Positions 12,097 through 24,160 of a stretch of DNA of 64,000 bases are shown piece by piece. The position numbers and the translations under genes are program-made. The DNA comes from Vitrella brassicaformis CCMP3155. Taxonomy: Eukaryota; Protista; Chromerida. The notes under the pieces are model-generated. The model was not told the DNA's origin, searched no databases, and saw nothing but the letters and a program-made list of their open reading frames with translations. The stretch's first letter is position 1; every line of letters starts with the position of its first letter. The stretch is taken from contig CDMY01000483.1 of NCBI GenBank assembly GCA_001179505.1, forward strand, positions 4,099-68,098. The letters are read 5' to 3'.

Positions 12097-15000
12097 ATGA
12101 TGCAGCGTCCTCTGCCTCCGCCGCCCCCCCGTTCGGCCATCCACCAGCACCCGCCGGCGCCCTTGCAAATCGATACCCGCACGCCGCCACAGCCGGTGGG
12201 CGGGGTGGCCACATGGCAGGGCACCAGGGACAGGCAACGATTTGCCTCCATGCCCGCATCCTCTCCGCCACCCTTCCCGCCGCCCGGCCACAATGTATCC
12301 GGCGACCAGTCTCAGCCACACCCGCAGCAGAACTATCATCTCCACGGTGTGTCTGCCAGTGGTGGGTCGTCTCGAGAGAGGAGGCGCGATCGAGATAGAG
12401 ATAGAGAGAGGGAGAGGGAGAGGAGGGCCGATGAGGTCATGGAGATGGCCAACCAGCACTCCCACATCAAGAGTGAGGGGAGCTGCCTGAGCACTAACTG
12501 GACCACAAACGGCTTGTCATCTCATCTTCCTGTGGCTGTGTGTGTGTGTGTGTGCAGATGCCCCTGCCCATTTCCCGGTGCCCTCTCCTCCGTCGAGCAC
12601 GCCGTCATCGGGCAACCGCGATAGGGACCTCGACCGGCGCACCACGGCCGTCCTCAGCGGCGTGTACCACCACCCGCTGCCCCTCCCTCTCGACCGCAAT
12701 ATCAGCGATCCATATGACGCCGCAGCAGCGGAGATGGCCCACTCCTCCTCCGCTCCCTATGCCCATTCTTACCAGCAGCAGCAGCAGCAGCACATGCAGA
12801 TGCAGCATCATCCATTCCCCCATCCGCCCCCTCCGCCCCACCCTCCACCCACATTGCCATCACAGCAGCAGCAGCACCAGCCGATCCCCCACCACCATCC
12901 TCACACCCGCAACGTGGCGGCCGAGCATGTCGTGATGCCTTATCCTGTGGACGAGGAGGCACAAGACATCGATACACCATCAGCAGCCGCGGCAGGGAGG
13001 GCGAGGGCCCGCTGCCGCATCGCCAACAAGGCCATGAAGGCCTCGCCCTCACCCGAGAGAAGGCAGCAGCAAGACGCCTCCACGTCCACGCCATCCCACC
13101 ACCAGCATCAGCATCAGCAGCAGCAGCCCCCAGACCCCCCCCAGTCGCTGCAGGAGGGCCGCATGAGCCGCAAGAAGATCCAGAACCAGCCCATTCGAAG
13201 GCGTCCATCGCCTGTGGACACATCGGCAGCGGCTGCACGACCACACATGCCCCCTTATCCCCACGCGGCCGGGGGTTTCTTCGCCACCATGCTCAACGAC
13301 ATCCGCGACAGGATGGCCGACAGTGTGGGTCGGTATACCGGGACCGGGGGCTGGGAGGAGGGCATGCAGGGCGGCGGGGAGAGGGTGGTGTGCACCGACC
13401 CGGCCACATCGGGCAGCCCCAGGCTGCTCGACGTGCCGGCAGACACCCTCAACATCAACCAAGTGAGCGAGAAAGAAAGGAGGCATGGACAGCACACCAC
13501 ACGGTTCCCTCATCTGTCGCTCTTTCACAGATTTTCGAGAATGCCTATCGTGTGGCTCAGCGTGAGATCGCCGCCCTCCGCAAGGCCAGGGGCCGCAGCG
13601 TGTCACCAGTGCGTGGGCCGCGTGATGGTGACGGCGATGCTGGCCACGGCGGGAGCGACGCAGCCGCAGCAGCCGCAGCAGCTGAGCCGCCCTTGCCCGA
13701 GTGGGGGCCGACGGGCGACACCACATACCTCCAGATGCTGTAAGAAGCGCCACGCCACACCGAGCAACATCGCAGCACACATGTGTGGGTGTGTCATGGA
13801 TACCGCAGGGACGAGGAGGTGCGACGCAGCAACCAGGTGGCCTCTCTATCGTATGCGAGCGACTCCGTCGATATCGAGGAGGGCGACTCGGCAAATGCGG
13901 ACGAGCCGGTGGCTGATGGCGAGGGCGACACTCCAGCAGCAGCAGTGGCTGCACCTGGTGCAGCTGGTGAGACATCCGCGGCATCAGACCCCTTGCCCGA
14001 CACCGATCGCATCACGAGCCTGCGGCCCAATCGGCCGGAAGAGGACCCCTCGCTGCCCAGCCTCGAGCTGGTAATGCACACTCATCCATCCATCCATCCA
14101 TCCATTTATCCGTCCCTTCTTGTGCTGTGTTGTGTTGTGGTTGTGTTGTTGTGTGTCAGTTCCTGGACCGTTGGTATCAGCTGACGGTGAGCCGACCCGT
14201 GGCCCCATCGGACGAGACGGAGGACTGGCCGCACGCCGACGGCCCCTCCTACCTGGAGCTGCTGGCGCAGGACCTCGAGTCAGCCACGGCCGCCATCCCG
14301 CCGGTCCCACCAATACACCCGGTGTTTTATGGCGCGAGGGCGGCCTACATCAACCCTAGCGCCAGCCAAAGGTGGGTGGGTGACCACAGAGAGATGGAGA
14401 GACGGAGGGAGGGAGGGAGGGAGGGAGGGAGGGACAATGGGTCGATCACGTGTCCACACACCTTGCACCTCTCTCTCTGTGTCTTCGTGTGTGTGTGTGG
14501 TCAGCCTGCCGTCATCTCCCTCGTCTGCCCCAAAGGGCCCCCCACAGGCGATCCCTTTCCCAGTGCTCGCAGCCGCAGAGGCCCCGCTGCCGGCCGGCTG
14601 GGCAGTGGCGATGCCCGCCGCCATCCACCCGGACACCGGACACCCCTCCCGGCCCCTCGCACGGACGCTCATCCAGCTGCAGCACCAGCAGCGGCTCTCG
14701 ACCATCCCTCCGCACCCCGTGTTGGCGCAGTCGCCGGATGAGTCGGTCGCACATGACGGCAGGAGGGTGCAGCGGGTGGAAATGGGGACAGCCATGCAGT
14801 GGCCGCCCGTCTGCAACGGTGAGTGAGCGAGGCAGCGGACAAGACACACACAGAGAGGAAAGGACTGCAAGCCCGATGGGGTCTGTCTGCCTCTCTCTCT
14901 CTCTCTCTCTGTCTGTCTTTCCGTCTCAAGGCGTCCGCCCTCATATGGGGACTCCGTTCGACACGCCCTACCCCGAGCACTACGCCGGTCTCCGAGTGCG

Positions 15001-17241
15001 GCACCACACGACCGCCTCATCGACAGGCAACAAACCCTCCCGCCCTCCCACAGACGAGTGTGAGGCCCTCATCGCCAATAACAACAATGTTAGCGATCCG
15101 GAGCAGCCCGCCCCGCCCCCCACTGACCCGGAGGTGCCTGTGCTGTCGGTGGGCAGTGGCATCACACCAGACAGAGAGGGTGGTGGTGGTGGTGGTGAGA
15201 AGGAGAGCCAGAGGGAGAGGGGGAGGGTGGAGAAGGCGACGTCGCCCATGTCGATTGTCGGGCCTGTGGACACGGCTGTGGGTGTAGGAGTTGCGGAGCC
15301 GTTCGTGCGGTCCCAGTCGATGCACGGCGGGGGAGACGGTGGGGGAGGGGGAGGGCACCCCAACTCCTCCACACTGCCCCGACAGACACCGGCAATCCTC
15401 CCCCCTCTCAATTGGGACTCCCCCGCTATCCACGCAACATCAGCAGCAGCACCAGCAGCATCAGCCCCGCAGCACCCATTGCGACAGCACGGCCATCCCC
15501 TGCCCGTGTATGACCCCATGGGCGACAGGGGGCCGCCCTCTGCGAGGAGGAGGATATCGAATCAGCCGCATCGGCGCGATGCTGCTGATGCGGCCAATCA
15601 GGCGTCTGTGTCAATGTCGCCGACTGAGGGCGATCGCGTGTCTGACCGCGGTGGGAGGGAGAGGGAGAGGGAGAGAGGGGGGCGGCGGGGTGCTGGGGGC
15701 GTCGTTGGTGGTCTGTTCCAGCTCTATTTGTCGCGCACACCTGCTGACCTCACCGACGAAGAGGTCAGTCGATTCGTCCGTCAACACATGAGTGTATGTC
15801 TCTCCCTCTGTGTCGGTTGGTCAGTTGGTGCATCACGTGAGTCGTGTGTTGGAGCCGGTCGGCGGCCACGCCAAGCTCATCAACCGCCCGATGCTCGCCT
15901 CCCACAACCAGATGAGCTCCAACCGCACCAACAGGACCACGCCCACCGACCGGCCCCTCTTCGCATTCCTCACCGTCGACTGCGCCGCCAGTGCTGCCCA
16001 TCTCGTCAGGACCGGTCTCACCTGGCCAGACGGCACGCAATCACGGGTCGAGTATCGCAAGGAGCGCCCCAGCCGCTCGCACAATCCCTCCCAGAGCCCC
16101 TCATCGTCCGCCCATCCCCACCCGGCAGCCCTGCCCTTGTTGAACATGACGACAGGCAGCCAGACGAGCCTGAGCCAGCACTCTCTGTCGGTACACACAC
16201 CGAGTGGCGGAGACGACACCACGTCGCACCTGATCGCGGCCTACCCGCCCCCGCCGCCCCATTTTCCCGGCATGGGCATGGCCATGGGCGTGGGCGTCCA
16301 CGGCAGGCGCATGTCGGATGTCAGCGTGGGCATTGCCCCAACAGCGGCGTCCCATCCCCATCCCCATCCCCACCACGCCAGCCTGGATTTCCCCAACAGG
16401 CCGGCCGCGGCGATGATGGACCATCAGCTGTACATTCCCTCAACGAGCTCGTCATTATCCAACCTTCCCATGGTTGGCGGTGTTGCAGGGCTGGGTGGCG
16501 GGACCATGTCGCCATCGAGCACGCCGACGCACGAGATCGACGCGGCCACCATGGGCATGGGCATGGGAATGGGAATGGGCATGGGAATGCCTGGCGGTCG
16601 GCCGTCGTTCCACCCGCCCCCGCCGCCACCACTGCAGCAAGTGCACGCGCACAGCTCGCCATCGACTTCCCAGAGCGGTGGTGGTGGTGGTGTGGGTAAG
16701 AGGGGCCGGCGGCCTAGGGAGGACCCTCATGCAGCAGCGGTCATGCACACGGGCATCAACCACCACCAGCAGGTCAGTAACTGCACACGCGGATGGATGG
16801 CCAAGTGAGAGGTTGTTCCTGTCTTCTGTGTCACACATGCAGATGGTGATGGTCCCGAGCTACCCGTCTGCCCCTCTGCCCGACCTCACCGCGATGCCCT
16901 TTGGCATCCCTGCCCCCCATATGGTGCACGCGCCGAGCATGCACCATTCGGTCGACCATGCCGCAGCAGCAGCGGCTGCAGCAGCAGCTGCTGCAGCAGC
17001 CATGGACCCGCACGCACACCCGCACCACCCTTACATGCCCACACAGCACCACCACCAGAAGATATCGCCCCATGCGTCTGTCGCCCATTCCCACCACGGG
17101 AGCGGCACCATAGATGCGGCGAGAGCGATGGGCAGGGGCCTCGGGGTGGCACGGCATGTGTCGGGTGGGTATCCGGGCCATGGCGGTGGTGGTCATGGTG
17201 GGCAGCCGGGGATGCCGCAGACACACAGCTTCTATCGGTGA
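12097..17241 (+). CDS. Large Pro/Gln/His/Gly-rich protein with one divergent RRM
   Basis: Exons splice in phase from MMQRPLPPPPP to ...QTHSFYR* (17241). Around 15718-16075 the spliced sequence LYLSRTPADLTDEE|LVHHVSRVL...LFAFLTVDCAASAAHLV...SRVEYRKER gives RNP2/RNP1-like motifs. Confidence 0.7.
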
Positions 17242-17249
17242 TTGATCGA

Positions 17250-18338
17250 TCGACTGATTAGCGGTGCAAGCGGTCTTTTTCTGTCGTCTTGTGTGTGGGG
17301 CTGTGGGAAGGGGTGGAGGGAGGGAGGGAGGGAGGGGAAAGGGCGTACGTAGCCGGGTAGAAGGGTATGGGCAGTATCTCGCCTTTGTCTGTGGCTGTGT
17401 GTGGAGGCATCCTCAGGTTTTAAGAGGCTTGCTCCCATACCTTGGCAGAGGCAACACAGACAGAGACGTCGACAGACAGACAGACAGACAGACAAGAGTG
17501 TCATTTTGTATCCATCCCTGCAAGCGTGCCGGTGTGGCCGCGTGGGTGTGTGTCGTGTGTCGTGTGTCGCTTATCGTGTTCCAGAGCCCCTCTGCCCCCC
17601 AGACAGACAGACAGACAGACAGACACACACTACAGAAAGGCAGCAGCGACATTGTCGATCGGTGGTCCCCTTCGTACGCCCTCGTGGCTATATACCATAA
17701 CACTACATATACATTACTTACATCCAGTGCGACTCATTTAAGCGAGCGCATGACCACTCACTCAGTCACTCAGTCACTCAGCCGATGAGATCATTAGTGC
17801 CTTTCTGCCTTCCTCCCTCCCTCCCTGGCTGAACGATCTGCTAGAGTCATTTTTCTCTCGGTGGTGTGGTGTGGTTGGTGTGGTGTGGTGGGCGATTGGC
17901 CAGCTGAGTGGCGTGATTGATCAATCGAGTAGCCTGCATCGACCGACCTGCCGAGGGGCGACTGAGTGGGTGAGTGAGTGAGTAGTAGAGAGGGAGACGG
18001 GGCGGTGTGCTGTGTGTCGCTGGCCGCCCTTTTTTGGGAGATGTTTTGTTGCGCTGTGTTGTGTTGTGTTGTGTTGTGGCTGTGGCTGACGGGAGAGGCC
18101 GGGCCGTGTGTAAGCAAAGAAAATGGTTGTCAATTCGACAGGGTGTCGTGTGGTTTGGTGTGTGTCCGTGAGGGTGCCAATGCGCTGCGTGGGTGACTGT
18201 ATGGCAATATCGCATACACGATCACACACATCAGGCGTCCATCCATCCATCCACTTACTCACTCACTCACTCAGAATCACGGACGGACGAGCAACGGAGG
18301 GAGGGAGGGAGGGAGGGAGGGAGGCATGCACCAGACAG

Positions 18339-18372
<34 letters not shown>

Positions 18373-18900
18373 TACCGACACTGTTTGACAGGGGGTATTT
18401 TTCTGAGTGAGTGAGTGAGTGAGTGTGAGTGCGCCGTTTTGTGTGTCTTGTTCGTTCGTTCCTTTCCCTGCATGGCTTGATTGAGTGCTCCAACCTTACT
18501 TAAGTACTTTGGGCTACTGACTGACTGAGTGATGCGTTGCAATGCGCTCAAAGCTGATTTTCGTGCGAAAGTGGAGTGAGTGTGCGCCTGCATGAGTGTG
18601 TGTGTATGTATGTGTGTTTCCATAGCTGTTCGTTCATTGCAGTGAGTGTGTGGCTGTGAGTCGTTTTACAAGTGTCAGAGTGGCCGGGGCGGGTTTGGTG
18701 AGAGAGTGCCCTGTGTGTCTTTCTGTGTGCGAGTGGGCGTGGGCGTGGCGGTCGGTGTGTGTCCGGTGCTATCTGTGCGATGCATCGGATGGGTGGCGTC
18801 TTGCCTTGTGGGCCTGCTTGTTTTCCTACAGTGACGCTGATTGATTGATGTGATGCGCCCGTGTGTGTGTGTGTGTGTGTGCATGTCGTGTAGACACAGA
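17250..18900. repeat. Microsatellite-dense intergenic region: (GACA)n, (GAGT)n, (GGGA)n, (GTT/GTG)n, (CA)n(GA)n
   Basis: Direct inspection; only repeat-derived ORFs are present. Confidence 0.8.
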
Positions 18901-18996
18901 ATTGACTGAATGTCACCTCTTTCGACACTCGTGTCATTCATCCACCGTTGCGAACTCGTTGAGAACTCATTGTTGCGAATGAATGCGAGCTTAGAG

Positions 18997-20415
18997 AGGA
19001 GAAAACGATCGCAATTTCGCGATAAATCTCGACTAGTATAGTCTATCCGCGCTCTTTCTCCCGTTGTAGCTTCTACGGCAATCGCGAGTGACAGAGCAGC
19101 TGTCGGAAACCCCTCTCTCTCCCCCCGGGTGACCCCCACTTCACGACTTCAGGACTGGGAGCGGGCGAACTTTGCAACTTTGCAACCACCACAACAGCCG
19201 GCATGATGAGTTCGCGCGATGCGTCGGCCCCTGCGGCCAACAACAAATTCAACAGCAGTCGAGGGCGTGGGAGACGCACTCTCGTTCGGGCGTCTTCATC
19301 CCCTGCTCTCCCCGGGACGACCACTGACCACATGCTGAGCCTCGAGTCGCCCGATCACCAGCCCGAGGCGTCCGCCCCAACGCCCACCCTTAGCCTAGCA
19401 GGACTGGCAGAGCGGAGCAGCGGCGGGTCTGCTCCTTCTGACTCCTTTCGGCCCAAGCGCGTCACGGTCGGCTCACCCAAGGTGGTGCCCCCCACTCTCG
19501 AGGGCCTTCTCCCCGAGCGAGCACTGAAGGGCAGGCCATCGACCCTCAGCCCCTCTGAACGAGAGCCCCTCACCGTCTCGACAGCAGGCAGCCCCTCGCC
19601 GCGAAAGGGTGTTCGACTGAGTCTGGGAAGGAGTGGCAGCGACATCGGGGCAGGGACGAGTGAGGTCGTGTCCCCCAGCAGTCAGCACGGCGGCGCCTTC
19701 CCTTTCGTGGATTCCAGCGGCCACAGCGACCTTGATGCCATGCGCAGGGCTATCACCAGTGTGCTGTCTCGGCAGGCCAGCGGGGCTTCGCACGGCGGCC
19801 TCTCGCAGTCCTTCACGTCGTCTCAAGAAGAGTCAGCCGCAAGCCGCCGAGAGTCGGCAGCCTCTGCCTCTGGTGCTGCCAATGAAGAGATTGTCACGGC
19901 AGCCAAGATCGGCGCGCAGCTGCTGAATGAGAATGAGCAGCTTCGCCAACAGGTGCGTCGTCTTTCCATTCAGGCATCTAGGCAGAGAATGAGCGTCAGC
20001 AAGCAGCAGCAGTCCATCGAAGAACTGCAGGAGGAGGTGGATCGGCTCCAGAAGCAGCTGCGAAATGCGAACGAGGTACGCACACCTTCCAACAAGCCAC
20101 ACACGAGTGAGACACGAGTCTGCTGGCTGTTTTGGTCCGTCCCCTTAGGTTGGTCGGTGTCAGAACTTGAGGGAGCTGAGCAACACGATGGACACAGAAG
20201 AGTACAAGAAGTTGCAGGAGCGGTATGAGGAGAAGGATGCTGAGCTCGCCGCTGTGAAGCGGCAAGTCAACGAGCACAAGCGGGGCGAGGAGAACGCCAA
20301 GCGAAAGAACACCGAGTTGCAACAGGTCGGCGCGTGAAGATTGAGTGACACACCAATCCTCTCCGGTCCACACAACATCCATCTCTGTTGTCTACAGGAT
20401 ATCGCTGATCTGTCT
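18997..20415 (+). repeat. Inverted partial duplicate of the promoter and first exons of the 28651-32765 gene
   Basis: ggagaaaacgatcgc...gcgagtgacagagcagctgtcg...gcatgatgagt matches the reverse complement of ~32980-32760, and the coding sequence matches 32765-31080 apart from internal deletions. Confidence 0.9.
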
Positions 20416-22507
20416 TCATCCCCTGCTCTCCCCGGGATGAGCACTGACCACATGCTGAGCCTCGAGTCGCCCGATTACCAGCCCGAGGCGTCCGCGCCAA
20501 CGCCCACCCTTAGCCTAGCAGGACTGGCAGAGCGGAGCAGCGGCGGGTCTGCTCCTTCTGACTCCGTTCGGCCCAAGCGCGTCACAGTCGGCTCACCCAA
20601 GGTGGTGCCCCCCCCCCCCCCCCCCCCGGGNNNNNNNNNNNNNNNNNNNNNNNNNNNNNNNNNNNNNNNNNNNNNNNNNNNNNNNNNNNNNNNNNNNNNN
20701 NNNNNNNNNNNNNNNNNNNNNNNNNNNNNNNNNNNNNNNNNNNNNNNNNNNNNNNNNNNNNNNNNNNNNNNNNNNNNNNNNNNNNNNNNNNNNNNNNNNN
20801 NNNNNNNNNNNNNNNNNNNNNNNNNNNNNNNNNNNNNNNNNNNNNNNNNNNNNNNNNNNNNNNNNNNNNNNNNNNNNNNNNNNNNNNNNNNNNNNNNNNN
20901 NNNNNNNNNNNNNNNNNNNNNNNNNNNNNNGAGCGAGCATTGAAGGGCAGGCCATCGACCCTCAGCCCCTCTGAACGAGAGCCCCTCACCGTCTCGACAG
21001 CAGGCAGCCCCTCGCCGCGAAAGGGTGTTCGACTGAGTCTGGGAAGGAGTGGCAGCGACATCGAAGCAGGCACGAGTGAGGTCGTGTCCCCCAGCAGTCA
21101 GCACGGCGGCGCCTTCCCTTTCGTGGATTCCAGCGGCCACAGCGACCTTGATGCCATGCGCAGGGCTATCACCAGTGTGCTGTCTCGGCAGGCCAGCGGG
21201 GCTTCGCACGGCGGCCTCTCGCAGTCCTTCACGTCGTCTCAAGAAGAGTCAGCCGCAAGCCGCCGAGAGTCGGCAGCCTCTGCCTCTGGTGCTGCCAATG
21301 AAGAGATTGTCACGGCAGCCAAGATCGGCGCGCAGCTGCTGAATGAGAATGAGCAGCTTCGCCAACAGGTGTGTCGTCTTTCCATTCACGCATCTAGGCA
21401 GAGAATGAGCGTCAGCAAGCAGCAGCAGTCCATCGAAGAACTGCAGGAGGAGGTGGATCGGCTCCAGAAGCAGCTGCGAAATGCGAACGAGGTACGGACA
21501 CCTTCCAACAAGCCACACACGAGTGAGACACGAGTCTGCTGGCTGTTTTGGTCCGTCCCCTTAGGTTGGTCGGTGTCAGAACTTGAGGGAGCTGAGCAAC
21601 CCGATCGAGGAGGAGGTGGACATCGAGCAGAGACGGCGAGTGCAGATCAGCGACCTGCAGACGCAGGCTGGCGAGGAGGGGATTCGAAGAGAGTGGATTA
21701 GCCGTGACGCAGCCCCGCCCACAGGTACCAGAGGAGGTGGGAGCAAAGAGTGGCAACTCAGCAGAGAGGGAGTGCAGAATCGTATCAGCTCTCTTTGCTT
21801 CTTTGTGCGCGCATTCAGAGAGGTTCCAGCCCCCCGACATCCCACCCGGCCACGCACCACCCACCACCACAGCCCCGCCCCATCGCAGCCCTCAGCACCA
21901 GCACTTCATCCCCATGCCGCCGCTCGCCCTCGCCTATGTCCCGCCTGTGGTCGCCCAGCCGGCTGGCGAGGAGTCGAATGAGGGAGACGGAGTACCATCA
22001 TCGTCCTCGTCTCCCTCAACCGCCCCCCTCCCCTTGCCGGCCGGCTGGACCGAGTACTTCACCAACGACGGCCGCCCATACTACCACAAGGCCGCAACAG
22101 GTGTGACCACGTGGTTCCGGCCCAGCTTTGCCACAGAGGCGGCTGAATTCCTGCGCCACCACTGCCGTCCGGAGGCTTGGACCGAGTACTTCACCAACGA
22201 CGGCCGTCGCTACTACCACAACGCCGCAACCGGTGTCACAACCTGGGATCGGCCGACTTGCTTCCCCCCGCCGCCCCTCCCACACATAGCCCCCCGCCCA
22301 CACGCCCCTCGTGTCGCTGCTCACGGTGATGGTGCCGAGGTGGTCATTGGGTACCACGTGCGGACAGACACCAAGGTGTCCGACGGGCGCGGCGGATGGC
22401 GGGTGGTGGCCACCACGCCACACATACCGCCCGTTCGAGTGCTGCTGTGGCGGACTCGGAGGGAGGGGAGGGAGCGGTGGCCGAGAGGAAGAGGGAGAGA
22501 GGGATAA
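19203..22507 (+). CDS. Chimeric protein: duplicated Ser-rich/coiled-coil N-terminus (internally repeated) fused to two tandem WW domains
   Basis: MMSSRDASAPAANNKFNSSRGRG start shared with the 32765 gene. Final exon contains LPAGWTEYFTNDGRPYYHKAATGVTTWFRP and PEAWTEYFTNDGRRYYHNAATGVTTWDRP (22034-22256). The gap at 20631 lies within the gene. Confidence 0.68.
20416..21600 (+). repeat. Second tandem copy of the 19299-20190 unit
   Basis: tcttcatcccctgctctccccggg... restarts at ~20416 and the sequence continues after the gap. It is a few percent diverged from the first copy (e.g. gactccgttcgg vs gactcctttcgg; gacatcgaagcaggc vs gacatcggggcaggg). Confidence 0.85.
20631..20930. other. Assembly gap (300 N), probably only ~20-30 nt in reality
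   Basis: Its flanks (gtggtgccccc / gagcgagca) are ~25 nt apart in the two paralogous copies. Confidence 0.9.
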
Positions 22508-23903
22508 GGCAGGCTGCAGCCTACATGATAAAGAGGGCGGGCGTGTGGGTGGAGATCTCGTGTGTTGTGTCTGTCCGTCATGCCGTGCGGTGGATGTCTG
22601 TCTGTCTGTCTGTCTGTCGCCTGCTGCCTTTCTGCAGCTCCTGCTGCTGCTGAAGCCGATACCTTGGTTGGTCGCCTTAGTGTGACTGTTTCCCAGTCGG
22701 TGTGTGTGTGTTTGCGTTGACGTCCGTTGCCGTTGTCACACACATACACACACACACACACACACACATGCCTGGCTGCATGTCATCTGGGGACGGACGA
22801 GAGAGAACTTGGAGGGGAGGAATGGCCGAGCCGGGGTGGGTGGGTGGGTGGGTGGTTGGATGGATTGTCTGGGTGACCGACTGAGTGACGGCCGGCCGGC
22901 TGTACCTGCCTGTGGTGGGTGGGGGTGACGTGTTACGAGAGAGAGGCCTGTATGTCTCTGCTGCCTCCCTGCCTGCCTGTTTTGATGCCTGCCTGGCTGC
23001 CTATGGTGTCTTGTGCTCAACAGACGGATGGATGGATAGATGGGACAAGGAAGAGAGTCGGCCTTCCTGCCTGCCAGCTTTGCCCACCATCCCTCGTGGT
23101 GATGGGATGTGATGCCAACCGACCGACTGCCCGACTGCCCGTCTGTCTGCCTGCCTGTCTGTCTGCCTGGGGGTGTCACTGTCACACACGTCTGGCTGAT
23201 TGTGCTGTTGTGCTGTGCTGTGTTCCAACACGCCTTTTGCCCACACACCCATCGCACGCACACACGCACACACGCACACACACGAGCACCTTTTTATGTT
23301 CTCGGAGGGAGGGAGGGGAGGGAGGGATCAAGTGCTTCTTCCTTTCCCCACCACCAGTCAATCAAGCAACCACCTCTGCTGGCGGTGTTTTTGTCAGGGC
23401 AGGCAGGCACATAGCTCACTAACACGAATGCGTGTGCACTCACTGGTGAAGAGGCAAACGTGGCAGTCAGGTCTTTTGCGTCGGCGGGGTGGAATGAATG
23501 GAGGGGGAATGGGTGGATATGGTGGACTGAGAGAGAGCATCTGTGTCGCCATTCTTTATGTAGGAGGACACACACACACACACACACACTGGGTGGCTGG
23601 TGGGAGACGATGGGTGGGCGGTGGATTGACATGTGACGTGCCCCCAGAACTTTCTTTGCCAGCCTCACCTACTTGCTACTGCTGCTGCTATGCTCTGTCT
23701 GTCTCTGTGTCGGTCGCTGAGAGGGAAGAAGAGAGAAATGCGCACAGCGGGGCACCCGCGCGATTTTCTAACCGTGTCTGCCTGTCTGTCTGTCAGTGCT
23801 TGTCCATGTCCGTCCACTCGTCCCTACTTCTCGCTCGCTATCACTCCGCTCGTCAGCCACGGGGCCGGTCATGACGGTTTGCTTTGTTTCTGAGGGCCGC
23901 CTT

Positions 23904-23935
<32 letters not shown>

Positions 23936-24114
23936 CCCACCATCACATTGGATCTGTCTGCCGCTGGCCCTTTTTTGCGGGTGTCTCTCCTCTGTGGTGG
24001 GCCTGGGGCCTTTCCTCTCTGTCTCTGTGGATTTGTGGGTGTGGATATGGCGACGTGGGCCAAGTACACACCTCAGGTGAGCAACGGACGGACGACGGAT
24101 GGACGAATGCACTA

Positions 24115-24151
<37 letters not shown>

Positions 24152-24160
24152 TGTGGCGCG

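Noticed and set aside
14586-14612. EAPLPAGWAV as a WW domain in the RRM gene
   Set aside because: It lacks the aromatic YY/YF core and the second Trp-Pro.
14450-16699. 749-aa ORF and other long GC-rich overlapping ORFs
   Set aside because: They read through introns and microsatellites or are antisense or alternate frames of real exons.
20608-20630. Poly-C run before gap 3 as a G-quadruplex or poly-Pro feature
   Set aside because: It abuts the gap and the paralogues have only C6, so it is likely a sequencing artefact.
22440-24160. Possible splicing of the WW gene into the subtilisin fragment
   Set aside because: No convincing in-phase exons across the microsatellite-rich interval, and the WW ORF has its own stop at 22507.
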